DNA of 64,000 bases, taken from positions 21,826-85,825 of the IMG/VR virus record IMGVR_UViG_3300042301_002266. The stretch is one strand, 5' to 3'. Below, in pieces: positions 19,758 through 29,769 of the stretch (the stretch's first letter is position 1; each line of letters begins with the position of its first letter). The translations under genes and the position numbers were made by a program. The notes below the pieces were generated by a model that was given only the letters and a program-made list of their open reading frames with translations, did not search any database and was not told the origin of the DNA. The stretch comes from a virus.

Positions 19758-20611
19758 GAACAGAGTTAGACTCTGACTATCTAGTATTCTGCCCATTTCA
19801 CTATAATAAAAATACACCAGCGTGTGAAGTAAGCAAAGAAAAAGGTTTGTTTGTATGCTTCTCTTGTGGTGAGCGTGGAAACCTATTAGATCTTGTTATG
19901 AGAACTACTAATAGAAATTATTTTGAAGCAAGTAGAATTATTTCTTCAGCAGAAAGAAGCATTGACTTCTCTTCTGTTATTGAAAAAGATATTGAAGTTA
20001 AAGAAGAGTTTCAGGAGTTTGACCCTGGAACTGTAACAAGATTACATTCATCCTTAATGCAAGACGAAAGGGCACTAAGTTATTTTAATCGTAGAAACAT
20101 TCTTTCAGATGCAATGAAACACTTTAGGCTTGGATACTCAGAAAAGCAAGATATGGTAACTGTTCCAGTTTATTCTCACACAAACATATGTGTTGGATTC
20201 GTTGGTCGTTCAATTGAAGGAAAGTCTTTTAAGAATTCTACAGGTCTGCCAAGAAACAAAGTTTTGTTTAATCTAAACAATTGCAAGTTTAAAGATATTG
20301 TTATTGTAGAGTCATCTTTTGATGCAATTAGATTATGGCAACTTAACATCCCTGCTGTAGCAACTCTCGGTGCAAATTTAGGAAAGAATCAGATTAAGCT
20401 TTTAAACAAGTATGCAGTTAGAGTTATACTTGCTATGGATCAAGATGAAGCAGGAATGAAGTTAATGACCAACTTAAACAATAACTTAACTGTACCAGTC
20501 CTGGCAATGGACTTCCCAGATGAAGTAAAAGATATTGGAGATATGACAGATGAGCAAATTTTATCTTCATACAAACAAATTAAATCACTTGACTTAGCAT
20601 TGTCAATCTGA
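19661..20611 (+). CDS. dnaG: DNA primase (CHC2 Zn finger + TOPRIM)
   Basis: CPFH...CFSC, GFVGR, IVESSFDA, MDQDEAG, KDIGD. Confidence 0.92.
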   Translation: MLQRSSWKQASSNESYDPDQIREILKVCGIEVGTELDSDYLVFCPFHYNKNTPACEVSKEKGLFVCFSCGERGNLLDLVMRTTNRNYFEASRIISSAERSIDFSSVIEKDIEVKEEFQEFDPGTVTRLHSSLMQDERALSYFNRRNILSDAMKHFRLGYSEKQDMVTVPVYSHTNICVGFVGRSIEGKSFKNSTGLPRNKVLFNLNNCKFKDIVIVESSFDAIRLWQLNIPAVATLGANLGKNQIKLLNKYAVRVILAMDQDEAGMKLMTNLNNNLTVPVLAMDFPDEVKDIGDMTDEQILSSYKQIKSLDLALSI

Positions 20612-20617
20612 TACAAT
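20589..20617 (+). promoter_or_regulatory. sigma70-type promoter of ssb
   Basis: TTGACT-17-TACAAT with extended TG. Confidence 0.75.
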
Positions 20618-20665
20618 GTTTAGACAGGTTCACTTACCGAACCAACTATTAAGGAGAAATATATT

Positions 20666-21322
20666 ATGGCAAGTATTACAGGTTTAGCAAATATTAAAAA
20701 CCTAATTGATCGCCCAAGAAGCGAAAGTGGTCCAAAGGCTCGCTGGCTAAAGCTAGAAGATGGACAGTCCGTTAAGATTCGTTTTCTTAACGAAGTAGAT
20801 GCAGATTCAAAAAATTACAATACAGAACGTGGTTTAGCAATTGTATGTGCAGAACATACAAACCCTAAGGACTATCGCCGTAAGTGTGTATGCACTATGG
20901 ACGAAGAAGGTCGCTGTTATGGTTGTGAGATGAACCGCCGTGATCCAAAAGCAGGATGGAAAGCTCGTCTTCGCTACTACACAAACGTGTTGGTAGACGA
21001 GGGTACTGATGAACCATACGTTGCTATTTGGTCTCAAGGCGTTGGTCCAAAGTCACCAACAACAACAACAATTGTTGAATATGCTGGTGATACAGGGTCA
21101 ATCACAAATGTCATTTGGAGATTAAAGCGAACAGGAACTGGAACACAAACCAGTTACTCCCTATTCCCACTAACTACAGATGAGTCACCATTTGATTTTA
21201 AGGGTCTTGACCTTTACAATCTTGATGAAACTGCTGTACGTCAAGTAAAGTATTCAGACCAAGAAGCATTCTTCATGGGTCTTGATGCAGACGTAAATGC
21301 AAGTGCATCAGTTGACTGGTAA
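20666..21322 (+). CDS. ssb: single-stranded DNA-binding protein (gp32-like, Zn-binding)
   Basis: WLKLEDGQSVKIRFL, H...C...C..C, LKRTGTGTQTSY, acidic ...VDW tail; between primase and polymerase. Confidence 0.75.
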   Translation: MASITGLANIKNLIDRPRSESGPKARWLKLEDGQSVKIRFLNEVDADSKNYNTERGLAIVCAEHTNPKDYRRKCVCTMDEEGRCYGCEMNRRDPKAGWKARLRYYTNVLVDEGTDEPYVAIWSQGVGPKSPTTTTIVEYAGDTGSITNVIWRLKRTGTGTQTSYSLFPLTTDESPFDFKGLDLYNLDETAVRQVKYSDQEAFFMGLDADVNASASVDW

Positions 21323-21329
21323 AAGTTAG

Positions 21330-21359
21330 TTGACAATCGTGAGGGTGATGGGCTATAAT
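21330..21359 (+). promoter_or_regulatory. sigma70-type promoter of dnaE
   Basis: TTGACA-18-TATAAT. Confidence 0.75.
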
Positions 21360-21375
21360 TGCTTGTCACCCTCAC
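21339..21375 (+). terminator. 15-bp hairpin after ssb, overlapping the dnaE promoter
   Basis: GTGAGGGTGATGGGC-TATAATT-GCTTGTCACCCTCAC (10 Watson-Crick pairs plus 5 pairs with G-U wobbles). No clear U-tract. Confidence 0.5.
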
Positions 21376-21394
21376 TCATTATTATTGGAGAAAA

Positions 21395-24300
21395 ATGTAT
21401 CACAATCACCACTCGCACTCATACTATAGTTTGCTAGATGGTTTCTCCTCACCAGAAGAACTTCTGAAACGTGCAGAAGAGGTGGGGATGACAGCCCTAT
21501 CGCTCACAGACCACGGAACACTTAGTGGTCATAGAGACTTTCTTATTGCTGCCAAAGACACAAAGGTAAAACCAATTCTTGGTCTTGAGGCATACTTTAC
21601 ACCTGACCGTTTAGACAAAAGAGCAAAGAAAGATCGTGGAGCAGAAGATCAAATCTATAACCACTTAATTGTTCTTGCACAAAATGAAAATGGTTTACAG
21701 AACTTATCTAAGCTATCTGAAATTGGTTGGAACGAAGGCTTCTTTTCTAAGCCTAGAATTGACTTTGATGTCCTAGAAAAGTATTCATCAGACTTGGTAA
21801 TTGTCTCTGGATGTATGAATGGTATTATTGCTAAGGCAATTCAAAATGGCAACATGGAGATGGCTAAGAAGCACACAGCGTGGTTTAAAGAGGTGTTTGG
21901 AGATAACTTCTACATGGAGTTGCAGCCTCATAATCCTGCAGAACTAAATCATCAAATGTTAGAACTAGCAGACAACATGGGTATCAAGAGTACAGTAACA
22001 CTTGATTGCCACTATGCTTCTCCAGAGGATCGGATAGCAGAAGAAATTATGCTTATCCTTGGAACACACCCAAACATTCGCAAAGAAGCAAAGTTTGAAG
22101 ATAGCCGTAAGATTAAAGACCTTATTGAAAGATTAGATTATCTTTATGGAGATCGCTTTATGTCATTCAAGGACTTAGACATTTTCCTTATGGGTCATAA
22201 AGATGTTAAAGACTTAATGATTGATCAAGGAATTGATCGTGATGATTTATATGAAAACTCAGTTGAGATTTCTGAAAAGATTGGCTCCTATGACTTTAAA
22301 GAAAATCTTGATTTGCTTCCTGCTGAATACAAAGATCCAGATTACGAACTTGAGCAGTTAGCACTTACAGGTCTTGCCAAGCGTGGGTTTGCAGACAATG
22401 AAGAATACCTTGCAAGACTAAATGAAGAATTAGATATTATTAAGTCAAAGAACTTCTCATCTTACTTTATTGTTGTAGGCAATATGATTAACTGGTCAAA
22501 AGATAATAACATCTTAGTTGGTCCAGGTCGTGGATCAGCAGCAGGTTCTTTAGTTTGTTATGCACTAGGAATTACAGAAGTAGACCCAATTAAGTATGGC
22601 TTACTATTCTTCCGTTTTATTAATCCAGAACGTAATGACTTTCCAGATATTGATACAGACTATGAAGATCGTAAGCGTGGTCAAGTTAAAGAATATCTTT
22701 CTGACCAATACACTCACGTTGCATCTATCGCAACATTCTTAACATTCAAAGATAAGGGTGTTGTAAGAGACGTTGCTAGAGCTTTTCACGTTCCTTTGCC
22801 TGAGGTTAACAAGGCACTTAAAGGTGTTGAAACTTGGGATGAGTTTATGACAGCATCAGCATGTAAAGAGTTCCGTGAAAAATATCCAGAGGTCGTAAAG
22901 TATGCTGAAAGACTTCGTGGTCGTATTCGTGGAACAGGAATGCATGCAGCTGGTATTGTAGCCTCTAAGGATGAAATCTGGCGTTATGCTCCAATGGAAA
23001 CTCGTAAAGATACTCAGTCTGATGAAAGAGTACAGGTAGTTGCTGTTGATATGGAACAGGCTGCAGATATTGGTTTGATTAAAATTGATGCACTTGGTCT
23101 AAAAACTTTAACAGTAATTCACGATACATTAGATATTATTGTAGAGCGTAAAAAGAAGAAAGTTAATTTGCGTGAAATTCCTCTTGATGATAAAGAAGTT
23201 TATGCAGACCTAACAGCAGGGTTTACTCAGGGTGTATTCCAAGCAGAAGCAGTACCATATACAAACCTTTTGATTAAGATGGGTGTCTATAACTTTGACG
23301 AACTTGCTGCATCTAACGCACTAGTTAGACCAGGTGCCATGAATACTATTGGTGCAGAATACATTAAGCGTAAAAAGGGTAAGGCTCCAGTTAACTATGT
23401 ACACGAAATTGTAAAAGACTTTACAAAGGATACCTATGGCTGTATCTTATATCAGGAACAAGTCATGCTTGCCTGTGTGCATCTTGGTGGCATGTCTATG
23501 GCAGAAGCTGACAAGGTAAGAAAGATTATTGGTAAGAAAAAAGATGCTCGTGAGTTTGATCAGTACAAGGAACAGTTCGTTACTGGTGCCTCAAAGCATA
23601 TTGAAAAGAAGCAAGCAGAAAAGTTATGGCATGACTTTGAAGCACACGCAGGATACTCATTTAATAAATCACATGCTGTGGCTTACTCAATGTTATCTTA
23701 CTGGACGGCTTGGTTAAAGAAATATTATCCACACGAATTTATGTATTCTCTTCTTAAGAATGAAAAGGATAAGGATACTCGTACAGACTACCTGATTGAA
23801 GCAAAGCGTATGGGTATATCTATTAGACTTCCACATATTAACGAGTCTGACATTGACTTTTCCCTGGACGGAGATGCTATACGATTTGGACTTGGCAACA
23901 TTAAGTTTATTTCAGAAAACATTGGTAGCAAGATTATCGCTGAAAGACCATTTAGCAGTTATCAACAGTTTAAGGAATTTGTAACGGCTAAAGGTTCTGG
24001 AGTAAACAACAGAGCAGTAGAATCATTAAATAAGGTTGGTGCTGCAGCGTTTACGGATAATCCAAGAATTGGTGATGAGAAGGATAACTATTATGAGTAC
24101 CTTAACATTCCTGAGTTTACTAGTGACATGCCAAGATGGGTTGAAGCTTATGCAAGACCACTTGAAGAATACTCAGAAGAGGGTTCCTTCCTTGTAATGG
24201 CTATGGTAAAATCTATTAAGCGTGGTGACGGCTGGAGCAGAATTGAGATTGTAGACAAAACAGGTTCGGTTGGTATCTTTGATAGATCAGATACAGTAAT

Positions 24301-24655
24301 TGAACCAGGAAAGATCTACATATTCTTAGTTGCAGATAATCGAATTGGAGCATATGCAACTGCAGAAAACATGAAGGACCTAAGTGATCCATTTATTAAA
24401 TATATACAGGCTAAGACAATGACTCTTGCTGACAATGAGCTATACACAATTAGTTTTATTCCAAGAAAAACAAAGAGTGGTCAGAAAATGGCTAATGCAG
24501 TATTAGCAGATAGAGATAAAGAGTTATATTCTCTTGTAATTTTCCCTAATATGTATGCAACTGCATTAATTAATATGAAGCCAGGTACACATTGCAAGCC
24601 AGTATTACAAACAACAACATCAGGAAGCGTAACAGTAAAGGAGTTTGAAAGATGA
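21395..24655 (+). CDS. dnaE: DNA polymerase III alpha subunit (DnaE)
   Basis: PHP HSHSYYSLLDG and TDHG, GPGRGSAAGSLV, FPDIDTD, GLIKIDALGL, YSFNKSH. GGAG RBS before the ATG at 21395. Confidence 0.97.
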   Translation: MYHNHHSHSYYSLLDGFSSPEELLKRAEEVGMTALSLTDHGTLSGHRDFLIAAKDTKVKPILGLEAYFTPDRLDKRAKKDRGAEDQIYNHLIVLAQNENGLQNLSKLSEIGWNEGFFSKPRIDFDVLEKYSSDLVIVSGCMNGIIAKAIQNGNMEMAKKHTAWFKEVFGDNFYMELQPHNPAELNHQMLELADNMGIKSTVTLDCHYASPEDRIAEEIMLILGTHPNIRKEAKFEDSRKIKDLIERLDYLYGDRFMSFKDLDIFLMGHKDVKDLMIDQGIDRDDLYENSVEISEKIGSYDFKENLDLLPAEYKDPDYELEQLALTGLAKRGFADNEEYLARLNEELDIIKSKNFSSYFIVVGNMINWSKDNNILVGPGRGSAAGSLVCYALGITEVDPIKYGLLFFRFINPERNDFPDIDTDYEDRKRGQVKEYLSDQYTHVASIATFLTFKDKGVVRDVARAFHVPLPEVNKALKGVETWDEFMTASACKEFREKYPEVVKYAERLRGRIRGTGMHAAGIVASKDEIWRYAPMETRKDTQSDERVQVVAVDMEQAADIGLIKIDALGLKTLTVIHDTLDIIVERKKKKVNLREIPLDDKEVYADLTAGFTQGVFQAEAVPYTNLLIKMGVYNFDELAASNALVRPGAMNTIGAEYIKRKKGKAPVNYVHEIVKDFTKDTYGCILYQEQVMLACVHLGGMSMAEADKVRKIIGKKKDAREFDQYKEQFVTGASKHIEKKQAEKLWHDFEAHAGYSFNKSHAVAYSMLSYWTAWLKKYYPHEFMYSLLKNEKDKDTRTDYLIEAKRMGISIRLPHINESDIDFSLDGDAIRFGLGNIKFISENIGSKIIAERPFSSYQQFKEFVTAKGSGVNNRAVESLNKVGAAAFTDNPRIGDEKDNYYEYLNIPEFTSDMPRWVEAYARPLEEYSEEGSFLVMAMVKSIKRGDGWSRIEIVDKTGSVGIFDRSDTVIEPGKIYIFLVADNRIGAYATAENMKDLSDPFIKYIQAKTMTLADNELYTISFIPRKTKSGQKMANAVLADRDKELYSLVIFPNMYATALINMKPGTHCKPVLQTTTSGSVTVKEFER

Positions 24656-24996
24656 ATCTAGATAATTTAGCAAAAGAAATTCATAAGAATGCAACAGAAA
24701 AAGGTTTTTGGGACTACATGTACTCAAATGCTGAACCAGTAGGAGATACATTTATCTTTTTTGGAAAGCAACTTGCAATGATTCATTCTGAAGTTACAGA
24801 AGTGCTTGAGGCTCTTCGTAAGCAAAAAGGTGAGCAAGAGGTAGTTGAAGAACTTGCTGACATTTTAATCCGTGTTCTTGATCTTTATGAGGGACTAAGA
24901 ATGCATGGAGATGTAAAGGACTCTCTAGAAGATACTTTAATGAAGAAGATTAATATTAATACAGAACGCCCAAAAATGCATGGCGTACTGGGATGA
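24652..24996 (+). CDS. MazG-like nucleotide pyrophosphohydrolase
   Basis: LAMIHSEVTEVLEA...EELADILIR...K..IN..RP. Confidence 0.85.
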   Translation: MNLDNLAKEIHKNATEKGFWDYMYSNAEPVGDTFIFFGKQLAMIHSEVTEVLEALRKQKGEQEVVEELADILIRVLDLYEGLRMHGDVKDSLEDTLMKKININTERPKMHGVLG

Positions 24997-25008
24997 TATA
25001 ATAGACAG

Positions 25009-25287
25009 ATGAAAATAAGAGGATATCTTCTAGAAGGAGTAAATGAAGAATTACTACTTGTAATTAGAGGATACGATGAAGAGCAAATGTATTCTATTAT
25101 TAAAAAATTAGAATCTATGCGTGATCAAGAAGTAAAAGAATTAGCGGAAGTATTGGAGAATCATTTAAATGACCGAATTAGCAATGGAAGAAATTCTGTC
25201 AAAGCTAGACCCCAAAACAAGAAAAAGGGTTCAGGCAGCAACAGAAGTAGAAATAGAAAAACAATCAACACCAAGCCTCAGTCTTAA
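25009..25287 (+). CDS. hypothetical protein
   Basis: TGATATAAT 6 nt upstream; C-terminus overlaps recA. Confidence 0.55.
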   Translation: MKIRGYLLEGVNEELLLVIRGYDEEQMYSIIKKLESMRDQEVKELAEVLENHLNDRISNGRNSVKARPQNKKKGSGSNRSRNRKTINTKPQS

Positions 25288-26176
25288 CGTTGGACTAAAG
25301 GGTGGTTTTGGATATGGACGGCAGATCCTAGTATGGGGAAACAAGTCTGCTGGTAAATCATCTTTTTGTTTACAGATGATTGGTGAAGCACAAAAAGCTG
25401 GAAAGACATGTGCGTGGATTGACTCTGAAGCATCATACTCTCCAGAGTGGGCAGAAAAACTAGGAGTAGATTCTAGCAAGTTAATTTACTCTTCTGCTAA
25501 AACAATTAATGACATGGTAGACGTTTCAGTAGACTTAATGAAAGCTGGAGTAGACATTCTTGTTGTTGATTCAATTTCTGCATTACTTCCTGCTATCTAT
25601 TTTGAAAAAGATGGTAACGAACTAAAAGACTTGCAGGATACTAAGCAAATTGGTGCAGAAGCAAAAGATATGACTCACGCAGTCAAAATGCTTAACTATG
25701 TAAATGAAAATACCTTGCTTGTTTTAATTTCACAGCAACGTAATAGTTTTGGTGGAATGCATGCAACTCACATCCCCACTGGTGGTATGGCTGTAAAGTT
25801 CTTTTCATCAACAATTGTAAAATTATGGTCATCAGAATCCGAAGCAAGTTCTATCAAAGACAAAGTATCTGTTGGAGATAGACTAATTGAACAGCGTGTT
25901 GGTCGTCCAGTAAATTGGACAATTGATTACAATAAGACAGGACCACAATTTATTAGTGGATCGTATGACTTCTATTTCCAGGGAGACCATGTTGGTGTAG
26001 ATAAGGTTGCAGACCTTGTTGATACAGCAGAGCTTATGGGAATCATTGAACGTGGTGGTGCTTGGTATACCGTACTAGACCAGAGACTGCAGGGTCGTGC
26101 AAAGGTTGTTGAGTATGTAAGAGAAAACCAAGAAGTGTTTGATACTTTAGAGTCACAGGTATATTCAAAGCTATGA
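25169..26176 (+). CDS. recA: RecA/UvsX-like recombinase
   Basis: GNKSAGKS, WIDSE, LVVDSISAL, TGG.AVKFFSS, GGAWY. Confidence 0.95.
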   Translation: MTELAMEEILSKLDPKTRKRVQAATEVEIEKQSTPSLSLNVGLKGGFGYGRQILVWGNKSAGKSSFCLQMIGEAQKAGKTCAWIDSEASYSPEWAEKLGVDSSKLIYSSAKTINDMVDVSVDLMKAGVDILVVDSISALLPAIYFEKDGNELKDLQDTKQIGAEAKDMTHAVKMLNYVNENTLLVLISQQRNSFGGMHATHIPTGGMAVKFFSSTIVKLWSSESEASSIKDKVSVGDRLIEQRVGRPVNWTIDYNKTGPQFISGSYDFYFQGDHVGVDKVADLVDTAELMGIIERGGAWYTVLDQRLQGRAKVVEYVRENQEVFDTLESQVYSKL

Positions 26177-26358
26177 GTATAAATCCAGAAGACTTTATTA
26201 AGTTAAAAAAGAATGATGAATCAGAAGGACTAAAGGTAACTGGAACATTTGTTTGCCAAATCTGCATGGAGTCAATTGGATTTGCTGTTCTTAATGAAGA
26301 TGAAATGGTTCTTAAGTATACTTGTGCTGCAGGTCATAACAATGAGGCAAAGCTATGA
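26173..26358 (+). CDS. small Zn-binding protein
   Basis: CQIC...C..GH. Confidence 0.6.
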   Translation: MSINPEDFIKLKKNDESEGLKVTGTFVCQICMESIGFAVLNEDEMVLKYTCAAGHNNEAKL

Positions 26359-26660
26359 GTGAAGCAGGAGAACTAAAAAGAATAGGTGCTAAAGCACACA
26401 AGAACTCTGGTCGTGGTCAGTATCAAAAAGGTGATGGGTCATGGGAAGAGTTTATTGTAGATGTAAAAGAGGCAGGTAAAAGCTTTACACTGAATGAAAA
26501 TGTCTGGTCTAAGATTGTTACAGATACCTTAAGAACAGATATGAATAAATCACCAGCGTTACTCTTATCAATTGGTGAGAAAAGAAAGATAAGATTAGCA
26601 GTCATTGAATGGGCTGCTCTAGAAGATTTAATGGAGAGAGCAAATGGAATCAACACTTGA
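26355..26660 (+). CDS. PD-(D/E)XK Holliday-junction-resolvase-like nuclease
   Basis: NSGRG...KGDG....FIVDVK. Confidence 0.7.
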   Translation: MSEAGELKRIGAKAHKNSGRGQYQKGDGSWEEFIVDVKEAGKSFTLNENVWSKIVTDTLRTDMNKSPALLLSIGEKRKIRLAVIEWAALEDLMERANGINT

Positions 26661-26979
26661 TTATATTAACCAAGTAACAGAGTTTAATGACATTCATGAG
26701 TTTATGAATGATCCAGAACTTGATGAAGCAATGGCAATTATTGTTAAGATTATGATGAAGCCAGATATTCCATCTGTTCAGGCAGTAGCCCTAATTGGCA
26801 AACTACAAGCAATGAGTGTTAAGTTTGCTGTACTTGCAACATACTATACAACGGTAGCAAAAGGTCCATCTGGAAGCATTAATAACACAAAGAAAAACGT
26901 TTACTATACAATGAAAGATAGTCTTGATAAAATGGTAGATGCATTGAAGTATGTAGCAAGATATAACTTAGGAGCATAA
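26644..26979 (+). CDS. hypothetical helical protein
   Basis: Coupled ORF in the recombination module. Confidence 0.6.
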   Translation: MESTLDYINQVTEFNDIHEFMNDPELDEAMAIIVKIMMKPDIPSVQAVALIGKLQAMSVKFAVLATYYTTVAKGPSGSINNTKKNVYYTMKDSLDKMVDALKYVARYNLGA

Positions 26980-27755
26980 TGGCAAAGAATTTAATTAAAA
27001 CACTAACAACAAAACCAAGAAACACAAAGGTAGATGCTAAAAAGCTTCGTCTTGCAATCGGTAAGTCTTATCTACAGGGTAAGAATGGAACAGATTTTAA
27101 GAAAAAGAAAACCTTCTCACCATCCACAGTTGGTTATGGGTATGGTACTTGTGCCAGATACTGGAGCCTAGCGTTTACTGGAACTGAATTTAAAGATAGT
27201 TTTAATGCTCAGGGTATGGCTGCAATGAATGCAGGTACACAGGCTCATGAGCGTATTCAGGGTGCAATGGAAAAGGCTGGACTAGTTAAAGAACTAGAAC
27301 GTGAAATTAAGTCAGTCAATCCACCAATTCGTGGGTTTGCAGATATTATCATGGAAATAGATGGCGAAGAAGTTGTAGGAGAGATTAAAACAATAAAGGC
27401 AGAAAGTTTTGATATTCGTAAAGACACATCAACTGGAGCAGACAGCCACGTTGTACAGCTTTTAATTTATATGAAAGTTCTAGGATTGGAAGAAGGATTC
27501 TTCTTGTATGAGAATAAGAATTCACATGAGATTGCAGTAATTCCAATTGTAATGTCTGAAGAAAATAAAGTTTATGCTGATTACATCTTTGACTGGATGA
27601 AAGAAGTATATCAGGCTTGGGTAGATGGTAAAAACATTAAAAGACCATTTAAAGAAAATGCATTCCCTTGCACATACTGCCCAATCAAGGATTCTTGCTG
27701 GTCAAAACCAGATGGTAGAACTAAAATTGATTCATTAAAGGTACGCAGTCAATGA
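26979..27755 (+). CDS. Cas4-like PD-(D/E)XK exonuclease
   Basis: C.R, GT..H, G.AD, EIKT, QL..YM, C..CP....C cluster. Confidence 0.85.
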   Translation: MAKNLIKTLTTKPRNTKVDAKKLRLAIGKSYLQGKNGTDFKKKKTFSPSTVGYGYGTCARYWSLAFTGTEFKDSFNAQGMAAMNAGTQAHERIQGAMEKAGLVKELEREIKSVNPPIRGFADIIMEIDGEEVVGEIKTIKAESFDIRKDTSTGADSHVVQLLIYMKVLGLEEGFFLYENKNSHEIAVIPIVMSEENKVYADYIFDWMKEVYQAWVDGKNIKRPFKENAFPCTYCPIKDSCWSKPDGRTKIDSLKVRSQ

Positions 27756-28054
27756 TCAAAGCTTGTATTGAATGTGGAAATGATTTTGAGTTTAAGACTC
27801 ATAATCAAAAGTATTGTTCTCAAACATGCTGCAGAATTTCTACAAACAAAAGAATTATGGAAAAGTATTATGCAAAAAAGGAAAGGCTTGCAGGTAAGCA
27901 AAGACTTTGTTCCTGTGGATCAACCCTAAGTATGCATAATCCAGATTCTATATGTGTTCTTTGCCAAAATAAAAAGAAAAGAGAAAGAGCAAATACCGCT
28001 AAGGAGGCAATAAAGAATGCAATTGTCAAAACTTCTAAAACAAAAAGCAGATAG
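27752..28054 (+). CDS. Zn-finger protein
   Basis: CIEC...YCSQTC...C.C...CVLC. Confidence 0.65.
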   Translation: MIKACIECGNDFEFKTHNQKYCSQTCCRISTNKRIMEKYYAKKERLAGKQRLCSCGSTLSMHNPDSICVLCQNKKKRERANTAKEAIKNAIVKTSKTKSR

Positions 28055-28586
28055 AGTACTTGGAATAGATGCCTCAACTGCCTCTGTTGCATTTTGTTTG
28101 TTTGAAGATGGAGTGCCAACTAAGATGGGCAAGCTTCCAATAGTCGGAACAGATATCTATGAAAAGATTAAAGATGCCAATAATAAGGCAAAAGCAATCC
28201 ATAAGCTTTGTAATCCTGAGTATGTCGCTGTTGAGTCTGCTATAATGGTCAGATCTGCAGATGCAGGTCTAAAGATTGCTATGATTGTAGGTGCTATCTT
28301 GTCTGTAATTCTAAAGCCACAGACTAAAGTGGTCACAGTTGCACCCATTTCTTGGCAGTCCCATATTGGCAATAAAAACTTTACTAATGCAGAAAAGATG
28401 CAGGTACAAAAAGATTTCCCTGGAAAGTCAGCATCTTGGTATAAGAATAAGATCAGAGAAATAAGAAAACAAAGAACAATGGATTTCTTCAATGATAAGT
28501 TTGGTACATCAATTTCAGACAATGATGTGGGAGATGCTACAGGAATAGCCTATTATGCATATAAAACGCTTACGGAGCGTCTGTGA
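28017..28586 (+). CDS. ruvC: RuvC-like Holliday junction resolvase
   Basis: VLGIDAS, VAVE, DNDVGDA. Confidence 0.8.
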   Translation: MQLSKLLKQKADRVLGIDASTASVAFCLFEDGVPTKMGKLPIVGTDIYEKIKDANNKAKAIHKLCNPEYVAVESAIMVRSADAGLKIAMIVGAILSVILKPQTKVVTVAPISWQSHIGNKNFTNAEKMQVQKDFPGKSASWYKNKIREIRKQRTMDFFNDKFGTSISDNDVGDATGIAYYAYKTLTERL

Positions 28587-28747
28587 AGCTTTATAAGTCA
28601 AAATCATGGCTTACCAAGAGGTACGTTTTAGATAAAAAGACAATAGAAGAGATTGCAAAAGAATGCGAAACTAGTCACCAAACGATATACAGACATCTGG
28701 TAGAATATGGTTTAATCAAAAATCAAAGAACATGGAAAAAAAGATGA
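28583..28747 (+). CDS. small HTH DNA-binding protein (54 aa, missing from the ORF track)
   Basis: GTG start coupled to the ruvC stop; WLTKRY..DKKTIEEIAKECETSHQTIYRHL. Confidence 0.75.
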   Translation: MKLYKSKSWLTKRYVLDKKTIEEIAKECETSHQTIYRHLVEYGLIKNQRTWKKR

Positions 28748-29769
28748 AGTTAAATTTAACAGGAGTAAACCTTCATAAGGGATTTAAGAATCAGGATATG
28801 GGATATCCAACTGCTGCTGCAAACATGGCTCAGGGCTTTGTTGATAATGGATTTAAGATATCTAATTTTGATTTAAATTCTAAAGTTAATATCTCGTTTG
28901 CCACACCAAATCAACACATAATGTTTTCTGGAGCGTATAATATTTTATATTCTTCTCACGAAACAACAGAGATATCAGATTACTGGGCTGAGTGTTTGAA
29001 TAAGGGTGACGAAGTTTGGGCAGCATCAACATGGACTGCAGATGTATTCAGGAAAAAGGTTGATAAGCCAATCAATGTTTATCCTCATGGTGTGTCTGGA
29101 AAGTTTGTCCCAGCAAAAAGAAAACTAAGAGAAGATAAATTTTTCTTTTTACATACTGGAGAGCCTTATGTTCGTAAAGGTGGACAGGTAGCAGTTGAAG
29201 CTTTCTTAGAAGAGTTTGCAGACAACGAAGATGTAATTATGATTATCAAAGCCTATGATCGTGGTCATACAATTCTTGTTGATGATGGAACAGGAAAAAA
29301 AGTTGCACCAGAAGTAGCTTATAAGAATGTTAAAACAATTAAACAGTCTTTAGGATTTAATGACTATCTTAAGATGTTGCATAACACACATTGCCTTGTG
29401 TATCCGTCATGGGGTGAGGGGTTTGGAATGATGCCACTAGAAGCAATGGCAACGGGTCTACCAACAATTACAACTTGGGAATGGGCAGAATATAAAGACC
29501 TAATTGATTATAAGATTGATAGCACATTGTCTGATGTACCAGATGGCTTACCAGAATACCTTACAGACACTTATCTGGGAAAAATCTATCTTCCAGATAT
29601 TAACTCTATAAGATATAATATGAAACAGGTTTATGAAAACAAGGAAGAAGAGTTTAAGAAATCTTTTGACAAGTCTATTGAAGTACACAAACAATGGAAC
29701 TGGGAAGATATAACTGCTAAACATGCGGTACCAAGAATTAAAGAAATATATGGAGAGTTAAATGTTTGA
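28744..29769 (+). CDS. GT-B (family 4-like) glycosyltransferase
   Basis: PHGV, RKGG, YPSWGEGFGMMPLEAMATGLP. Confidence 0.9.
   Translation: MKLNLTGVNLHKGFKNQDMGYPTAAANMAQGFVDNGFKISNFDLNSKVNISFATPNQHIMFSGAYNILYSSHETTEISDYWAECLNKGDEVWAASTWTADVFRKKVDKPINVYPHGVSGKFVPAKRKLREDKFFFLHTGEPYVRKGGQVAVEAFLEEFADNEDVIMIIKAYDRGHTILVDDGTGKKVAPEVAYKNVKTIKQSLGFNDYLKMLHNTHCLVYPSWGEGFGMMPLEAMATGLPTITTWEWAEYKDLIDYKIDSTLSDVPDGLPEYLTDTYLGKIYLPDINSIRYNMKQVYENKEEEFKKSFDKSIEVHKQWNWEDITAKHAVPRIKEIYGELNV

Noticed and set aside
26979-27755. CRISPR-Cas system suggested by the Cas4-like gene
   Set aside because: No cas1/cas2 and no repeat-spacer array. Solo Cas4-like nucleases are common in phage recombination modules.
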